Shown one piece after another: positions 31,728 through 45,248 of a stretch of DNA of 64,000 nucleotides. Each line of letters begins with the position of its first letter. The first letter of the stretch is position 1. Under the pieces are notes generated by a model. That model was not told where the DNA came from. It did no database searches and was given only the letters and a program-made list of their open reading frames with translations. The translations under genes were made by a program, and so were the position numbers. The stretch is from an uncultured Deinococcaceae bacterium (GTDB lineage Bacteria; Deinococcota; Deinococci; Deinococcales; Deinococcaceae), in the NCBI GenBank assembly GCA_964252075.1, contig CAXULY010000028.1, forward strand, positions 1 to 64,000, in the 5' to 3' direction.

Positions 31728-32636
31728 TCAGGGCTGCGGGGCTTCCGGGACAGGAGCCGCGTCGGCCTTCTTGAGACTCAGGGCGAGCGCCGCGCCCACC
31801 ACCAGCGCGGCGCCCAGCAGCGCCAGCGGCCCCAGGCGCTCCCCGAAGATCAGCGCGGCGAGCGTCGTGGCGATCATGGGCTCCAGGCTCGCGATGACGC
31901 TCGCGCGCGTGGCGGGCAGGTGCCGCAGGCCCGCCGCGTACGCGCTGTACGCGATGAAGGTGCTGAGCAGCGCCACCAGCAGCAGCAGACCCCACGCCGC
32001 CGCGCCCTTGTGGTGGAATGCCGTGAACGGCGCGAGGCCCAGCGCGCCCACCGGGAGCGCCACGCCCAGCAGTGCGGCGGGCGCGTACCGCGCGAAGAAC
32101 ACCTTGCCGTACAGGTAGTACAGGGCGTACGTGAGGCCCGCCGCGAGGCCCCACCCGAGGGAGGCGGCGTTCACCCGCACGCCGCTGCCGCCGCCCAGCG
32201 AGATCAGCGCGACGCCCGCGAGCGTCACGCCGACCGCCGCGAACTCCCGCGCGCCCACCCGCTCGCTGCGTGTGAGGAGGGCACTCAGCGTCACGAAGGC
32301 CGGCGCGGTGTACAGCAGCACCGACGCGAGGCTCGCGCCGCCCGCCTGCACCGCCAGCTGGTACGCGCCGTAAAAGACGCTCACGCCCGCCAGCCCGAAC
32401 AGCGCCGTGATGAGCAGGTCCCGCCCGCGTGGCAGGGCCGCGCGCGTCAGGGCGGCGTGCGCCGCGAAGCACGCGCCGCCCAGCACCGCCCGCCAGAACG
32501 CCACCTCCAGCGGCACCAGACCCAGCTGCGCCGCGAGCTTCCCGAAGATGCCCAGCAGGCCCCACAGCGCCGCCGCGAGCAGCACCAGCAGCGCCGCGCG
32601 CCACGCTGGGGAACTGGCGTTCAGCGCTTGCGCCAC
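31728..32636 (-). CDS. EamA/DMT family transporter
   Basis: About ten TM helices, LLYTAPAF and ASLEP motifs. Confidence 0.88.
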   Translation of the reverse strand: MAQALNASSPAWRAALLVLLAAALWGLLGIFGKLAAQLGLVPLEVAFWRAVLGGACFAAHAALTRAALPRGRDLLITALFGLAGVSVFYGAYQLAVQAGGASLASVLLYTAPAFVTLSALLTRSERVGAREFAAVGVTLAGVALISLGGGSGVRVNAASLGWGLAAGLTYALYYLYGKVFFARYAPAALLGVALPVGALGLAPFTAFHHKGAAAWGLLLLVALLSTFIAYSAYAAGLRHLPATRASVIASLEPMIATTLAALIFGERLGPLALLGAALVVGAALALSLKKADAAPVPEAPQP

Positions 32637-33364
32637 GTGAAGAAACTGGCCATGAGGGCGATGAACAGGCCGGCCCCCGCTGCCGCGAGCAGCGCCACCG
32701 AGCGGCGGTCGCGCACCTCACCGACCGGCGCGAGCACGCGCGTTGCGTAGGCCTGCGCCTGCTCGCCGCTGCCGATCAGGTCCACCACGGGTGGCGCTTC
32801 CGGCAGGCGGGCGCCCAGGGACGCCGGCCCGCCCTGCGCGCCCGGCCTGAGGAGGCCATCCGCCGTGAACGGCGAGAACACGCTGCTGGTCACCCAGTAG
32901 CTGTACCGCCCGGACTTCAGCGGCGTGTCCAGCACCAGGGACGTGCCGGACACCCGCACCGGGAGGGGCTCGCTGCGGCGCCGCGCGGTCTTCTGGCCGT
33001 CCGGCACGCTCCACCACTCGCTGCGCAGGCCATCCACCCGGAAGTGGTACTGCCAGCCGTCGCCCGCCGGGGTGGAAAAGCCCGTGTCGTCCAGCACCTG
33101 CCGCCCACCGATCTGGGTTTTCACGAACACGTTCAGGATCGGGCCGGAGAACCCCAGTGGGGCGCTCCAGGGGTTCTCCAGCGCGCCGAGCGTCACCGTG
33201 AGGCGCAGGCGGCCATTCACGTCGTCCGCGCGCAGCTCGCGCAGGTCGTACGTGGCGGGCGTGCTCTTCAGGCCGCTGGGGAGGCTGTAACTGCCGTTGC
33301 CGCGCGCGTCGCCACTGGCGTCAGGCTGGGCGAGCAGCAGGGCGGCGGCCAGGAGGGAGAACAC
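32621..33364 (-). CDS. Glucodextranase DOMON-like domain protein with C-terminal anchor
   Basis: [15 protein letters not shown] and [11 protein letters not shown]-terminal TM. Confidence 0.72.
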   Translation of the reverse strand: MFSLLAAALLLAQPDASGDARGNGSYSLPSGLKSTPATYDLRELRADDVNGRLRLTVTLGALENPWSAPLGFSGPILNVFVKTQIGGRQVLDDTGFSTPAGDGWQYHFRVDGLRSEWWSVPDGQKTARRRSEPLPVRVSGTSLVLDTPLKSGRYSYWVTSSVFSPFTADGLLRPGAQGGPASLGARLPEAPPVVDLIGSGEQAQAYATRVLAPVGEVRDRRSVALLAAAGAGLFIALMASFFTWRKR

Positions 33365-33394
33365 GGCGAGCAGTATAGAGCCCTGGCCCCACCC

Positions 33395-34750
33395 TCACCT
33401 CAGCAGCGCGATGAGCGCCACCGCGAGCGCGCGCGGGTCGTGCTGCGCGGTGCCCTCGTGCAGCATCGCGGCGTAGCGCAGGCGCTGGCGCAGGCCCACG
33501 CTCACGCGCTGGCCTGCCAGCAGCTTCGCGCCCTCCGCCGCGTAGCGGTCCCGCACTGCAACGGGCACGGGCGAGCTGTTCACCAGCACCCAGTCCGGGC
33601 TGCGCCCCACGTGCTGCGTGAGCAGGCGCTCGTGGTCCTCCAGGCTCAGGTCGTCCGTCTCGCCGGGCTCCGTCATGACGTTCGCGACGTACACGAGGGG
33701 CGCCTTGCTCTCGCGGATGGCCGCCGCGACGCCCGGCACCATCACCGCCGGAATCAGGCTGGTCAGCAGGCTGCCCGGCCCGATCACGATGAGTTCCGCG
33801 TCCACGATCGCCTGCGTCACCTGCGGCAGGGTGCTCACGTCCGGCGGCTCCAGGCTCATGCGGACCACCTTGCGCCCGGCGCGCTCCACGTGCAGCTGGC
33901 TCTCGCCGCGCACCACGTCCCCGTCCTGCAGCTCCGCGACGAGCGTGGCGGGGTCGGTGGTGGCGGGGAACACCTGCCCGCGCACGTTCAGGACGCTGTG
34001 AATCTCGCTCATGGCGCCCGCGAGGCCGCCCTGCTCTTCAGACAGCGTGGCGAGCAGCAGGTTCCCGAAGGTGTGCCCCTCGATGCCGTCGCCGCGCGTG
34101 AAGCGGTGCAGCAGCAGCCGCGCCAGCACCGGCGAGTCACTCAGCGCCGCGTAGCAGTCCACGAGGTCGCCCGGCGCGATCATGTCGAGCGTGGCGCGCA
34201 GGCGCCCGGAGCTGCCGCCGTCATCGGTGGCGGCCACCACTGCCGTGATGTTGCTGGAGAACACCTTCAGGCCCGCCAGCAGGTTCGAGAGGCCGGTACC
34301 GCCCCCCAGGGCCACGAGGTGCGGCCCGCGCGACAGGGTGCGGCGCGAGTAGATCATCTCGACGGCGGACTCCGGCGCGGTGCCCGTCGCGGTGAGCAGC
34401 GTGCGGTTCAGCATCAGGACGCTCGTCACGGCGCCCGCCAGGGCCAGCACCATCACCACGGCGCCCACCACCCACAGGGGCAGCACCTCGGGCTTCGTGA
34501 GGGCGTTCAGCCACAGGATCCAGCGGGTCGCGGTGAAGTGCAGTGGCCCCGTCCACGTGAAGTGCAGGAAACCCAGCGCCAGCAGCAGCACGCACACGAT
34601 CAGCAGCGAGAACCAGCGCTTGACGCCCATGCCGGGCGCCATCCACTTCGCGGCGCGCTGCGTGCGCGGCGACGCGCGGTCCGTGAAGCGCTCGAAGGCG
34701 GCGCTGGTGCTGGACTGTGCGCGCGACCGGACCTGTCTGCTCACCCTCAC
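33395..34750 (-). CDS. yvcK: YvcK/GlmR family (UDP-GlcNAc-binding, gluconeogenesis factor) with N-terminal TM segments
   Basis: GGGTGL, DDGGSSG, GHTFGN and GPGSL.TS; downstream of rapZ. Confidence 0.9.
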   Translation of the reverse strand: MRVSRQVRSRAQSSTSAAFERFTDRASPRTQRAAKWMAPGMGVKRWFSLLIVCVLLLALGFLHFTWTGPLHFTATRWILWLNALTKPEVLPLWVVGAVVMVLALAGAVTSVLMLNRTLLTATGTAPESAVEMIYSRRTLSRGPHLVALGGGTGLSNLLAGLKVFSSNITAVVAATDDGGSSGRLRATLDMIAPGDLVDCYAALSDSPVLARLLLHRFTRGDGIEGHTFGNLLLATLSEEQGGLAGAMSEIHSVLNVRGQVFPATTDPATLVAELQDGDVVRGESQLHVERAGRKVVRMSLEPPDVSTLPQVTQAIVDAELIVIGPGSLLTSLIPAVMVPGVAAAIRESKAPLVYVANVMTEPGETDDLSLEDHERLLTQHVGRSPDWVLVNSSPVPVAVRDRYAAEGAKLLAGQRVSVGLRQRLRYAAMLHEGTAQHDPRALAVALIALLR

Positions 34751-35580
34751 CCCTCACCCTTCCGCACGTCCCGGTGGTCCACCACGTGGGCCCCCAGGTC
34801 CGTCAATTCACGCGCCAGGCGCTCCGCCACCGCCACGCTGCGGTGCTGTCCCCCCGTACAACCGATGGCGACATTGTAACTCCGCCGACGCTGCGCGCGC
34901 GCCCGCTGCGCGCTCTCCCGCACGAACGCCGCGAGGGACTGGTAGTACCCGTCGCCCTCCGAGAACACGTACGCCGCCACCTGTGGGTCCAGGCCCGTGA
35001 GGGGCGAGAGGCGCGGCTCGTAGTACGGGTTCGGGAGGCTCCGCACGTCCAGCACGAGGTCCGCGTCGCGCGGCGGGGCGTGCTTGAACCCGAAGGACAT
35101 GAGCCGCAGGTCGAAGCCGTGCTCCGCCCCCGCGAAGGCCAGGGCGCGCGACACCAGCTCCGCCGTCGTGAGGCCGCCCGTGTCCACCACCACGTCCGCG
35201 AGCGCGCGCAGGCTCGCGAGGAGTTCCCGCTCGCGCTGGAAGTCCAGCATCAGGCTCCCTTCGGACAGCGGGTGGCCGCGCCGCGTCATGTTGTAGCGTC
35301 GCAGCAGCACCTCGTCCTCCGCTTCCAGGAACAGCAGGCGCACCCCGTCCTTGCGCGAGAGGCGCGCCCACGCCTGATCCACCGCCGTGAGGAACGCGCG
35401 CGTGCGGCTGTCCGTGCTGACCGCCACGCGCGTGAGGCCCGCCGACTGCGCGAGGTCGTACTGCGCGCTCCACAGTTCGGGCGCGAGGTTGTCCGTCACG
35501 AAGAACCCCGCGTCCTCCAGCGCCCGCAGGCTTGTGTTCTTGCCCGCGCCGGACAGACCCGAGACCACCAGAAACTGCAT
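34747..35580 (-). CDS. rapZ: RNase adapter RapZ
   Basis: [25 protein letters not shown] and [10 protein letters not shown]. Confidence 0.93.
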   Translation of the reverse strand: MQFLVVSGLSGAGKNTSLRALEDAGFFVTDNLAPELWSAQYDLAQSAGLTRVAVSTDSRTRAFLTAVDQAWARLSRKDGVRLLFLEAEDEVLLRRYNMTRRGHPLSEGSLMLDFQRERELLASLRALADVVVDTGGLTTAELVSRALAFAGAEHGFDLRLMSFGFKHAPPRDADLVLDVRSLPNPYYEPRLSPLTGLDPQVAAYVFSEGDGYYQSLAAFVRESAQRARAQRRRSYNVAIGCTGGQHRSVAVAERLARELTDLGAHVVDHRDVRKGEG

Positions 35581-35696
35581 GCGCAGAGTCTAGCGGAGGT
35601 GCGCCGGTCATCCATGACCGCCCCCTCCGCCAGCAAGCCTGCGGGCCCGGTTGCTGGTGGCGGGCGCCTGTCGCGTCGTGGACGTGATGCAGGAAA

Positions 35697-35724
35697 GAGG
35701 GGCAGATCAAGCGATCTGCCCCTC
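35697..35724 (-). terminator. Terminator after ndh
   Basis: GAGGGGCAGATC / GATCTGCCCCTC, followed by TTT on the minus strand. Confidence 0.65.
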
Positions 35725-35741
35725 CCGTGCGCGCGCTCAGC

Positions 35742-36881
35742 TCAGCTGATGCTGCTGCGCCAGCGCCACTCGGACGCGCGCTTCATGACGTGCGCGAGGC
35801 CGCCCGTCATGGCGAGCTTCTGGTTCCAGGGGAGTTTCATCCAGCCGACCGCCATCAGGCCGCCGAGGCTCACGAACTCACCGAGGGTGCTGGGCTCGTA
35901 GGGCTCCAGTTCCTCGCCGCGCGCGAGGCGCATGAGGTTCTGCCCGGTGAGGCGGCCCTGCTGCCCGGCGTGCTGCGCGGTGGTGGGGACCGGCTTGCCC
36001 TCCTGGTTGAGCGCCAGGGACATGTCGCCGATCACGAAGACCTCCGGGTACTGCGGGACGCGCAGGTACTTGTCCACCACGATGCGCCCGGCGGGGCCCT
36101 TCTCGAGCTTCTCGGCCTTCACGATGTCCTGCGCCTGGATGCCGCCCGTCCAGATAATCTTCCCGGCGGGCAATTCCTTGGTCTGGCCGTCGGCGGTCTG
36201 CACCGTCACGCCGTTCTCGCCGGCCTGCATGAGGCGGTGGCCCACCAGGATGTGAATGCCGTACTCCTCCAGGGTCTGCTGGGCCTTGCGGCGCAGGTTC
36301 TCGTCGAGCACGGGCAGGATCTTGGGTCCGGCCTCCACGAGGTAGATCTGGAATTTCGGCAGGCCGCGCTCCTGGCTGAGGATCTCGTTGCGCTGCGCGA
36401 GTTCCGTCACGAGCTCCACGCCGGTGAGGCCCGCGCCGCCCACGACGATGTCGCGGTTGCCCTCGTAGCTGGTGTCGTAGGCGCGGTGCACGTAATTGAA
36501 GATGGCGTCCGCGTCCTTGAGGTCCTTCAGCTCGGTGGCGTACTCGGCGAGGCCGGGGATGCGGTAGAAGTTCGTGACGCTGCCCAGACCGATCACGAGG
36601 GTGTCGTAGCTGAGCGTCCGGCCGTCCTTGGTGGTGACCTGCTTGGCGTCCAGGTCCACGCCCGCGATGCGGGCTAGGTCGAGGTGCACACCGGTGCCCT
36701 TGAGGAGCGGCGCGAGCGGCAGGGTCACCTTGGTGTTGTGCGCGGCGGCCTCGTGCAGGCGCGTCTCGAAGACGTGGTAGGGGTTCTGTTCCACCAGGGA
36801 CACGTCCAGCCCGGGGGTGGGCTTGATTTTGGTGGCGGTGGCGAGTCCGGCGTATCCGGCTCCAAGGATCAGGGTCTTCAT
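35742..36881 (-). CDS. ndh: Type II NADH dehydrogenase-like FAD oxidoreductase
   Basis: GAGYAG, GGAGLTGVE, WTGG, FVIGD and PTTAQHA.QQG. Confidence 0.85.
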   Translation of the reverse strand: MKTLILGAGYAGLATATKIKPTPGLDVSLVEQNPYHVFETRLHEAAAHNTKVTLPLAPLLKGTGVHLDLARIAGVDLDAKQVTTKDGRTLSYDTLVIGLGSVTNFYRIPGLAEYATELKDLKDADAIFNYVHRAYDTSYEGNRDIVVGGAGLTGVELVTELAQRNEILSQERGLPKFQIYLVEAGPKILPVLDENLRRKAQQTLEEYGIHILVGHRLMQAGENGVTVQTADGQTKELPAGKIIWTGGIQAQDIVKAEKLEKGPAGRIVVDKYLRVPQYPEVFVIGDMSLALNQEGKPVPTTAQHAGQQGRLTGQNLMRLARGEELEPYEPSTLGEFVSLGGLMAVGWMKLPWNQKLAMTGGLAHVMKRASEWRWRSSIS

Positions 36882-36906
36882 GGCATTGGCTCCTGTGAAG
36901 TACTTG

Positions 36907-36924
36907 CTGTGAAACTCTTCACGA
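36907..36924. promoter_or_regulatory. Rex operator candidate
   Basis: CTGTGAA-ACTC-TTCACGA closely matches the Rex box TTGTGAA-N4-TTCACAA, about 25 bp upstream of ndh. Confidence 0.7.
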
Positions 36925-37181
36925 GTTACGCCGCGTGGCGGCCTGCTGCGTGACCGGGTGCCGCTGTGGCTCCCTTTGACAACAGTGTACACCTTACACC
37001 AAGTCGGCGATGTGAACGCCGCCCTGCATTCAGGCCGCCTGAATTGTGAATGCCCAAGTGTAGCACCCCAGCCCACCCGCACCACACGCGCCCGGAAAAC
37101 CACCACCTGGTGCCCGTCCGCACCGCACCCCACCACCCAGCCCACACCGCAGGACCGTCACTCGCGGCGCCCGGCGCCCCT

Positions 37182-38699
37182 TCAGACTTCCTTTCGCAAG
37201 CGCCAGAACACGAACACCACCAGCAGCCCCCCCAGCAGGCCCAGCGCGCCCCACCACGCCCCGCGCGGCAACCCTGCCGCCGCCACCGCGAGGCATGCCA
37301 CCAGCCCCAGCCGCCCCACCCCGGACAGCAGGTCCCCACCCGACCGGCCACCACGGAACACGTCCGCGCGCCGCACCAGCATGGGGCGCCACAGGTAGAT
37401 CAGGGCGGTGCCCGACGTCGCCACCAGCGTGCACAGGGCGTACCACGGCCACGCCGTCACCCCATGCGTCGCCAGCCACACCTCCACGAGCGCCATCAGC
37501 ACCCACACCGGCAGCACCGCCGCGAACAGCTTCGCCCAGCGCAGGCGGTCCAGGCCCAGCGGCGCGAGGCGCAGCAGGTCCGGCGCGTCCTCGGCGTTCA
37601 GTGTGAGGTTCGCGAGCGCGCCCGCCAGCGACCCCGCCAGCAGCACCCCACCCGAACCGTACAGCAGGTGCCCCTGCCCCTGCGTGTTGCGGCCCACCAC
37701 CACCACCAGCGGAATCAGGTACAGCACCTGCAGCAGCACCCGCGACAGCAGCAGCGGATCGCGCCACAGCAGCCGCCACTCCTTGAACAGCAGCGCGGGC
37801 GCACCCCCCCGAAAGCGCACGTGCCCGCGCACGCCCGCCGCGCGCCGCCCCTCCACGCCCCGCACCGCCTGCGCGCCCGCCACGAACGCCCGCTGCAACC
37901 CCAGCACCGTCAGCGCGAACACCCCGACGCTCGCCGCGAGGGTCAGCGCGGTGGGCAGCGGCTCCAGCCACAAGCTGCGCGCGGGGTACAGCAGCGCGGG
38001 CAGCCACGGCAGGCCCTGCGCGCCCTGCACCGCCTCCAGCACCCGCTCGTTCACTGCCTGCGTCTCCTCCGGCCCCAGCAGGTTGCGCAGCTGGAAGGTC
38101 AGGAAGAACGCCGCGCCCACCAGCGCCCCAATCACGGACGCCGCCGTCCGCGCGCGCCGCACGCCCAGCCACCGCACCAGCCCCAGGGTCAGCCACAGGC
38201 TCACGCTCGCCGCGAACAGGGCCCCGGACAGCCACCACGGCCACACGCCCAGCAGGTGCCACCCCAGCAGCGGCGGCCCCAGCAGCCCCAGCGGCACCGC
38301 CACGACCGCCACGCTCACCGCCGCACTCAGCGCCACGCCCAGCGCGCGCGACGCGAACACCACCGCGGGCGAGATGGGCGCGTGCAGCAGCAGGTCCAAA
38401 TCCCCCCGCTCGAACAACGCTTCCAGCGCCGACGCCACGCCCGCCGACGTCATCAGGCCCAGCGCCAGCACGCTCAGCGCCCCCGCCGCCAGCAGGTACG
38501 GCCCGCGCAGCGTCGTGAGGCCCGGCAACTGCGCGCGCACCGACAGCAGAAGGCTCCCCAGACCCAGCAGCGCCAGCACCCCCAGCACCACGAACACCAC
38601 CAGCCGCCGGTTGCGGTTGCGCCCCACCAGCGTCTGCCACGTGAGGCGCACGCTGAAGCGCAGCAGCCACAGCAGGCTGCCCGGCCGCAGCGTGGTCAC
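37182..38699 (-). CDS. ABC-2 type permease (multi-TM)
   Basis: LFERGDLDLLL.AP and LLFKEWRLLWRDP; coupled to the ATPase gene. Confidence 0.82.
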   Translation of the reverse strand: MTTLRPGSLLWLLRFSVRLTWQTLVGRNRNRRLVVFVVLGVLALLGLGSLLLSVRAQLPGLTTLRGPYLLAAGALSVLALGLMTSAGVASALEALFERGDLDLLLHAPISPAVVFASRALGVALSAAVSVAVVAVPLGLLGPPLLGWHLLGVWPWWLSGALFAASVSLWLTLGLVRWLGVRRARTAASVIGALVGAAFFLTFQLRNLLGPEETQAVNERVLEAVQGAQGLPWLPALLYPARSLWLEPLPTALTLAASVGVFALTVLGLQRAFVAGAQAVRGVEGRRAAGVRGHVRFRGGAPALLFKEWRLLWRDPLLLSRVLLQVLYLIPLVVVVGRNTQGQGHLLYGSGGVLLAGSLAGALANLTLNAEDAPDLLRLAPLGLDRLRWAKLFAAVLPVWVLMALVEVWLATHGVTAWPWYALCTLVATSGTALIYLWRPMLVRRADVFRGGRSGGDLLSGVGRLGLVACLAVAAAGLPRGAWWGALGLLGGLLVVFVFWRLRKEV

Positions 38700-39460
38700 G
38701 CGCCAGCCTTCTCGGGCTGCGGCGCTTCCGGCGCCGCCGCAATGAGGTCCAGAAAGACCTCCTCCAGCGTGCCGCCCGCCTCACCGCTGCGCGCGCGCAA
38801 CTCCTCCAGCGTGCCCTCCGCGATCAGGCGCCCCCCCGCGATGATCCCGATGCGGTCCGCGAGGCGCTCCGCGACCTCCATGATGTGCGTGGTCAGCACC
38901 ACCGCCCCGCCCCCCTCTACGAACTCGCGCAGGGCGTCCTTCACGCCGCGCGCCGCCGCCGCATCCAGGCCCGTGAGCGGCTCGTCAAGCAGCATCAGGC
39001 GCGGCTGGTGAATGAGCGCGCCCGCCAGCGCGAGCTTCTGCTTCATGCCGCGCGAGAAGCTCTCCGTGAGTTCCCCCGCGTGCGGCCACAACTCCAGCCA
39101 CCGCAGCAGCCGCTCCGCCTCCGGCGCCGCCTGCGCGGCGGGCACGCCCCACAAACCCGCCACGAACTCCAGGTACTCACCGGGCCTCAACTTCCCGTAC
39201 AGCAGCGGGTCGTCCGGCAGGTACGCGAGCAGTTGCTTCGCGGCGCGCGGCGCCGTCACCACACTGTGCCCAAAAATCCGCACGTCGCCCCCGTCCGGGC
39301 GCTCCAGACCCGCCACGCAGCGCAGGGTGGTGGTCTTGCCCGCGCCGTTCGGGCCCAGCAGGGCGTACAGCTCGCCCGCCCGCACCGTGAGGTTCACGCC
39401 GTCCACCGCGGGCGCGCCACCGAAGCGCTTGCGCAGTCCCTCCACCGTCAGGGCGTCCAT
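38696..39460 (-). CDS. ABC transporter ATP-binding protein
   Basis: GPNGAGKTT, FSRGMKQK and LDEP. Confidence 0.92.
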   Translation of the reverse strand: MDALTVEGLRKRFGGAPAVDGVNLTVRAGELYALLGPNGAGKTTTLRCVAGLERPDGGDVRIFGHSVVTAPRAAKQLLAYLPDDPLLYGKLRPGEYLEFVAGLWGVPAAQAAPEAERLLRWLELWPHAGELTESFSRGMKQKLALAGALIHQPRLMLLDEPLTGLDAAAARGVKDALREFVEGGGAVVLTTHIMEVAERLADRIGIIAGGRLIAEGTLEELRARSGEAGGTLEEVFLDLIAAAPEAPQPEKAGA

Positions 39461-39504
39461 ACCCCCAGGGTACGTGCCCCGGCGCGCCAGGGTTGCCGCG
39501 CGCC

Positions 39505-40503
39505 TCAGCGGAGGGTGGACGCGCGCTCGATCAGGCGCGGCTCGAAGCGCCGGCTGCGCGGCGCGCCCAGAAAGCCCGACAGTCGCCCCAGCAGCAGCTC
39601 CGCCGCCGCGCGCCCCATCGCCTCCACCGGCTGGTGCAGCGTCGTGAGGCCCCGGCTGGCCGCCCACGGCTGGTCATCGAAGCCAATCACGCGCAGGTCC
39701 GCCGGCACGCGCACGCCGCGCGCCTCCGCCTCGTCCAGCAGCGCCATGCCCAGCAGGTCCGCCGACGCGAACACCGTGCACGGGAAACTCACCTCGTCCA
39801 GCAGCGTGGCCGCCACCCCCCGCGCCGCCTGCAGGTCAAAGGAACTCACCGCCTCACCTGCCAGCGGCCGCCCCGCCGCCCCGAGCGCCTGCAGGAATCC
39901 CTGGCGGCGCTCCTCGAACACCCGCGTCGTGAAGATCTGGTCCAGTTCCGTCTCCACCCAGATGGCGCGCAGCTCGCCCGGCAGGGTCGCCGCGTACTCC
40001 CCCGCGAGGCGCCCACCCATGATGTTGTCCATGTACGCGCAGTCCACGTCGCTGCTGTGGGCGTCCACCAGCACCGTCGGCTGCGTCCGCGCGAGGCGCG
40101 CGCCCTGGAAGAAATTCGTGAGGTTGTACGTCGCCATCACGAGGCCGTCCGCCTGGTACGCCAGTGTGTGGCTGGACAGGTACCGCTCCAGGCGCGAGCG
40201 GTCCAGCAGCGGGAAGATCGCCACGTCATAGCGCGCCTCGTTGAAGGCACTCTCCAGGCCGTCCAGCAGGCGCAGGTAGAACTCGGTCGTCATGACGGGC
40301 AGCAGCACGCTCACGGTGTAGGACTTCCCGCCCGCGATGCGCCTGGCGTGCGGGTTCGGGGTGTAATCCAGCTCCGAGATGGCCCGCAGCACCGCGTCGC
40401 GGGTGCTGGAGCGCACCGCCGCGTGGTTGTTGAGCACGCGCGACACGGTGCCCACGCCCACGCCGGCCCGCCGGGCCACGTCCTGAATCGTCGGATTGCG
40501 CAT
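39505..40503 (-). CDS. LacI-family transcriptional regulator
   Basis: TIQDVARRAGVGVGTVSRVLN, VIGFDD and LTTLHQP. Confidence 0.93.
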   Translation of the reverse strand: MRNPTIQDVARRAGVGVGTVSRVLNNHAAVRSSTRDAVLRAISELDYTPNPHARRIAGGKSYTVSVLLPVMTTEFYLRLLDGLESAFNEARYDVAIFPLLDRSRLERYLSSHTLAYQADGLVMATYNLTNFFQGARLARTQPTVLVDAHSSDVDCAYMDNIMGGRLAGEYAATLPGELRAIWVETELDQIFTTRVFEERRQGFLQALGAAGRPLAGEAVSSFDLQAARGVAATLLDEVSFPCTVFASADLLGMALLDEAEARGVRVPADLRVIGFDDQPWAASRGLTTLHQPVEAMGRAAAELLLGRLSGFLGAPRSRRFEPRLIERASTLR

Positions 40504-40529
40504 TTTGAGCGCAGTGTAGCGCCAGGGCT

Positions 40530-40916
40530 CGCGCGGTGGGGAGGGGAGAGGCGACGCGAGGCGCAGAGGGTCAGGCTGTGCCAGGCGTTGATGGCCCGCC
40601 GCACCGCCACGTTCCCCTCCACCTCGCGGTCGATGAGGTGGCATCCGAACGGCATGGGTGGGTCGAGGCCCTTCAGCTCCCGCCCACCTCGTGCCGATTC
40701 AGGTGCTCGTGGAGGAACACGCTCAGCAGCCCGTTCGTGATCTGGGCGCGCCGCCGTTGCGCCAGAAGGGGTTCACCCGCAGCTGCTCGTCCACCATGAC
40801 GCGCGTGCAGAACAGCCAGCGGCTCAGGTCGAGCCATGACAGCGTCTTGGGCAGCTGAGGGCGCCGCGCTCGAATTCTGGGTTGAGCCCGAGGCGATCGT
40901 CCAGGGCGGTTGTCAC
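40530..40916 (-). pseudogene. Probable frameshifted gene remnant
   Basis: Four successive short coding-like segments in shifting frames (MTTALDDRLG / QLPKTLSWLDLSRWLFCTRVMVDE / GLLSVFLHEHLNRH / ELKGLDPPMPFG..AWHSLTLC). Confidence 0.45.
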
Positions 40917-40927
40917 CTTACCGAATC

Positions 40928-40956
40928 AAAAGGGGGAGGGCGCGTGGCCCTCCCCT
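40928..40956 (-). terminator. Terminator after valS
   Basis: GGGGAGGGC / GCCCTCCCC stem with TTTT on the minus strand. Confidence 0.7.
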
Positions 40957-40960
40957 GGAT

Positions 40961-43693
<2,733 letters not shown>

Positions 43694-43720
43694 GCGTGTC
43701 CTTGGTGGGTGGAGCGGTGC

Positions 43721-44416
43721 TCAGCGCGCGGCGCGCGCGTGGCGGCCCGGTGCGTCGGTGGGGGTGTCCTGTGGGGCGTCGTCCAGGGCCACGAAGCGGT
43801 ACTGCACGGGCGGGCGCGTGAAGCCCCGCCAGACCGTCACGGTCGCCTCCCGGAAAGGCTCGCCGGTCACGCGCGCGCCGCCCGTGAACTCCAGGGTGGC
43901 GCCGCCCAGCCGCACGAGGTTCCCCTGCACGTCCAGCGCGCCCTGGTCGGTGAGGAGCGTGTCGAAGGGCCGCGTGGTGAGGGCCAGCAGGCGGCAGGTG
44001 CGGGCGTGCAGGCTGCGCAGCGGGTTGTGAGGGTGCGCGAAGCGCGTGCTGAGCTGGCGCGGCGCGCGCTCGTGGTTCACGCGCAGGTGCAGCGCGTACT
44101 CGCCGAGGTTGAACTGCAGTTCGCGCAGCGCGCCGCTGTGCGCCGCGCCCGGCGGCGCGGCGCGGAAGGCGTCCATGAGGGCCTTGCGGCGCTCCGGCAC
44201 GAGCGGGACGGGCGCGCTCAGCGCCAGCTGATCCGGTTCGCGCAGGCAGTCGAAGTTCCCGCGCAGGATCAGGCGTTCCGCCGCGAGCAGCGCGCGCTCG
44301 CGGCTGTGGTACGTGCCGCCGTCGCTGCGCCCCACGAACAGCCAGCCCTGGGACGCGCGTTCCAGCCAGCGCGCCTCGACCGTGTAGCGGTCGTGCAGTG
44401 CCCAGCGCTCACCCAT
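43721..44416 (-). CDS. Hypothetical protein between the T-box and valS
   Basis: 231-aa ORF with GC3 bias; 27 bp upstream of valS on the same strand. Confidence 0.72.
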   Translation of the reverse strand: MGERWALHDRYTVEARWLERASQGWLFVGRSDGGTYHSRERALLAAERLILRGNFDCLREPDQLALSAPVPLVPERRKALMDAFRAAPPGAAHSGALRELQFNLGEYALHLRVNHERAPRQLSTRFAHPHNPLRSLHARTCRLLALTTRPFDTLLTDQGALDVQGNLVRLGGATLEFTGGARVTGEPFREATVTVWRGFTRPPVQYRFVALDDAPQDTPTDAPGRHARAAR

Positions 44417-44467
44417 GGCGGCCCCCACGCCCTCGCTTCTGGTGTCCCATGTGCCCCTCCGCCCGTG

Positions 44468-44750
44468 CAGAAACAGAAAAACGCCTCGTCCGCGGTGCGC
44501 TCCGAAGAGCGTTTCCCTGCGGACGAGGCGAGGTTGCCCCGTGGTACCACCGCATTTCCGAATCCGGTATGCCGGACGCGGCACTCGTGCGCGCTGTGTC
44601 GGGCGCACCCGGAGGGGTCTAGCAGGCCCTGAGGCCCTTCTTCCCTCGCGCTCGCGGGCGACGTTCTCCGGCTGCACTCCCGGCGCACCCTCTCAGTCGT
44701 GGGGCGGCCTTCCTGTGGGCGCTCACCAGGTACTCTTCCCGGTCATCGCG
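44468..44750 (-). ncRNA. T-box riboswitch (Val specifier)
   Basis: Stem I with AGUA and GACUGAGA loop, specifier GUC (44660-62), T-box AAATGCGGTGGTACCACGG (44539-57), terminator CGCCTCGTCCGC/GCGGACGAGGCG plus U-run. TATACT -10 at 44756-61. Confidence 0.9.
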
Positions 44751-44874
44751 CGGTCAGTATACCGCCCGGCGTCCTACACTGTGGTGTGACCGAGCGACTT
44801 CGCTTCCCGGGCGTGGGCGACTCCCCCCGCTCCAGTACACCGCCCGCCCACCGCCCCGCAGGGACGCCCGCGCG

Positions 44875-45240
44875 ATGACGCGCCCCCGCATTCAGCACGT
44901 GAGCGTTGCGCGCCCGCCCGGCAGTGACGCCCAGGCGCGCGCCTTCTTCGGCGAGGTGCTGGGCCTCACGGAGGTCCTGCCGCCCGAGTCGCTGCGGCAC
45001 CTGAACGTCATCTGGTTCCAGCTGGGCAACACCGAACTGCACCTGTTCGTGGGGCCGGGCCCCGCGCCGGACTCCGGGCAGCACCTGTGCATCGAGGTGG
45101 AGGACCTGCCCGCCCTGCGCGCGCGCGTGGAGGGCGCCGGGTACGCCACGCAGGGCGCCGAGGAGATCCCCGGCCGCCCGCGCTTCTTCTGCCGCGACCC
45201 CTTCGGGAACCTGATGGAGTTCACCACGCTGCTCGGCTGA
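44875..45240 (+). CDS. VOC/glyoxalase family protein
   Basis: IQHV, FFGEVLGL, HLCIEV and RFFCRDPFGNLMEF. Confidence 0.9.
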   Translation: MTRPRIQHVSVARPPGSDAQARAFFGEVLGLTEVLPPESLRHLNVIWFQLGNTELHLFVGPGPAPDSGQHLCIEVEDLPALRARVEGAGYATQGAEEIPGRPRFFCRDPFGNLMEFTTLLG

Positions 45241-45248
45241 GCGCCGCG

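Noticed and set aside
36894..36913. TGTGAA pair upstream of ndh as a target of the TPR-BTAD regulator
   Set aside because: The spacing is 14 bp rather than 11, and the site is better explained as a Rex palindrome.
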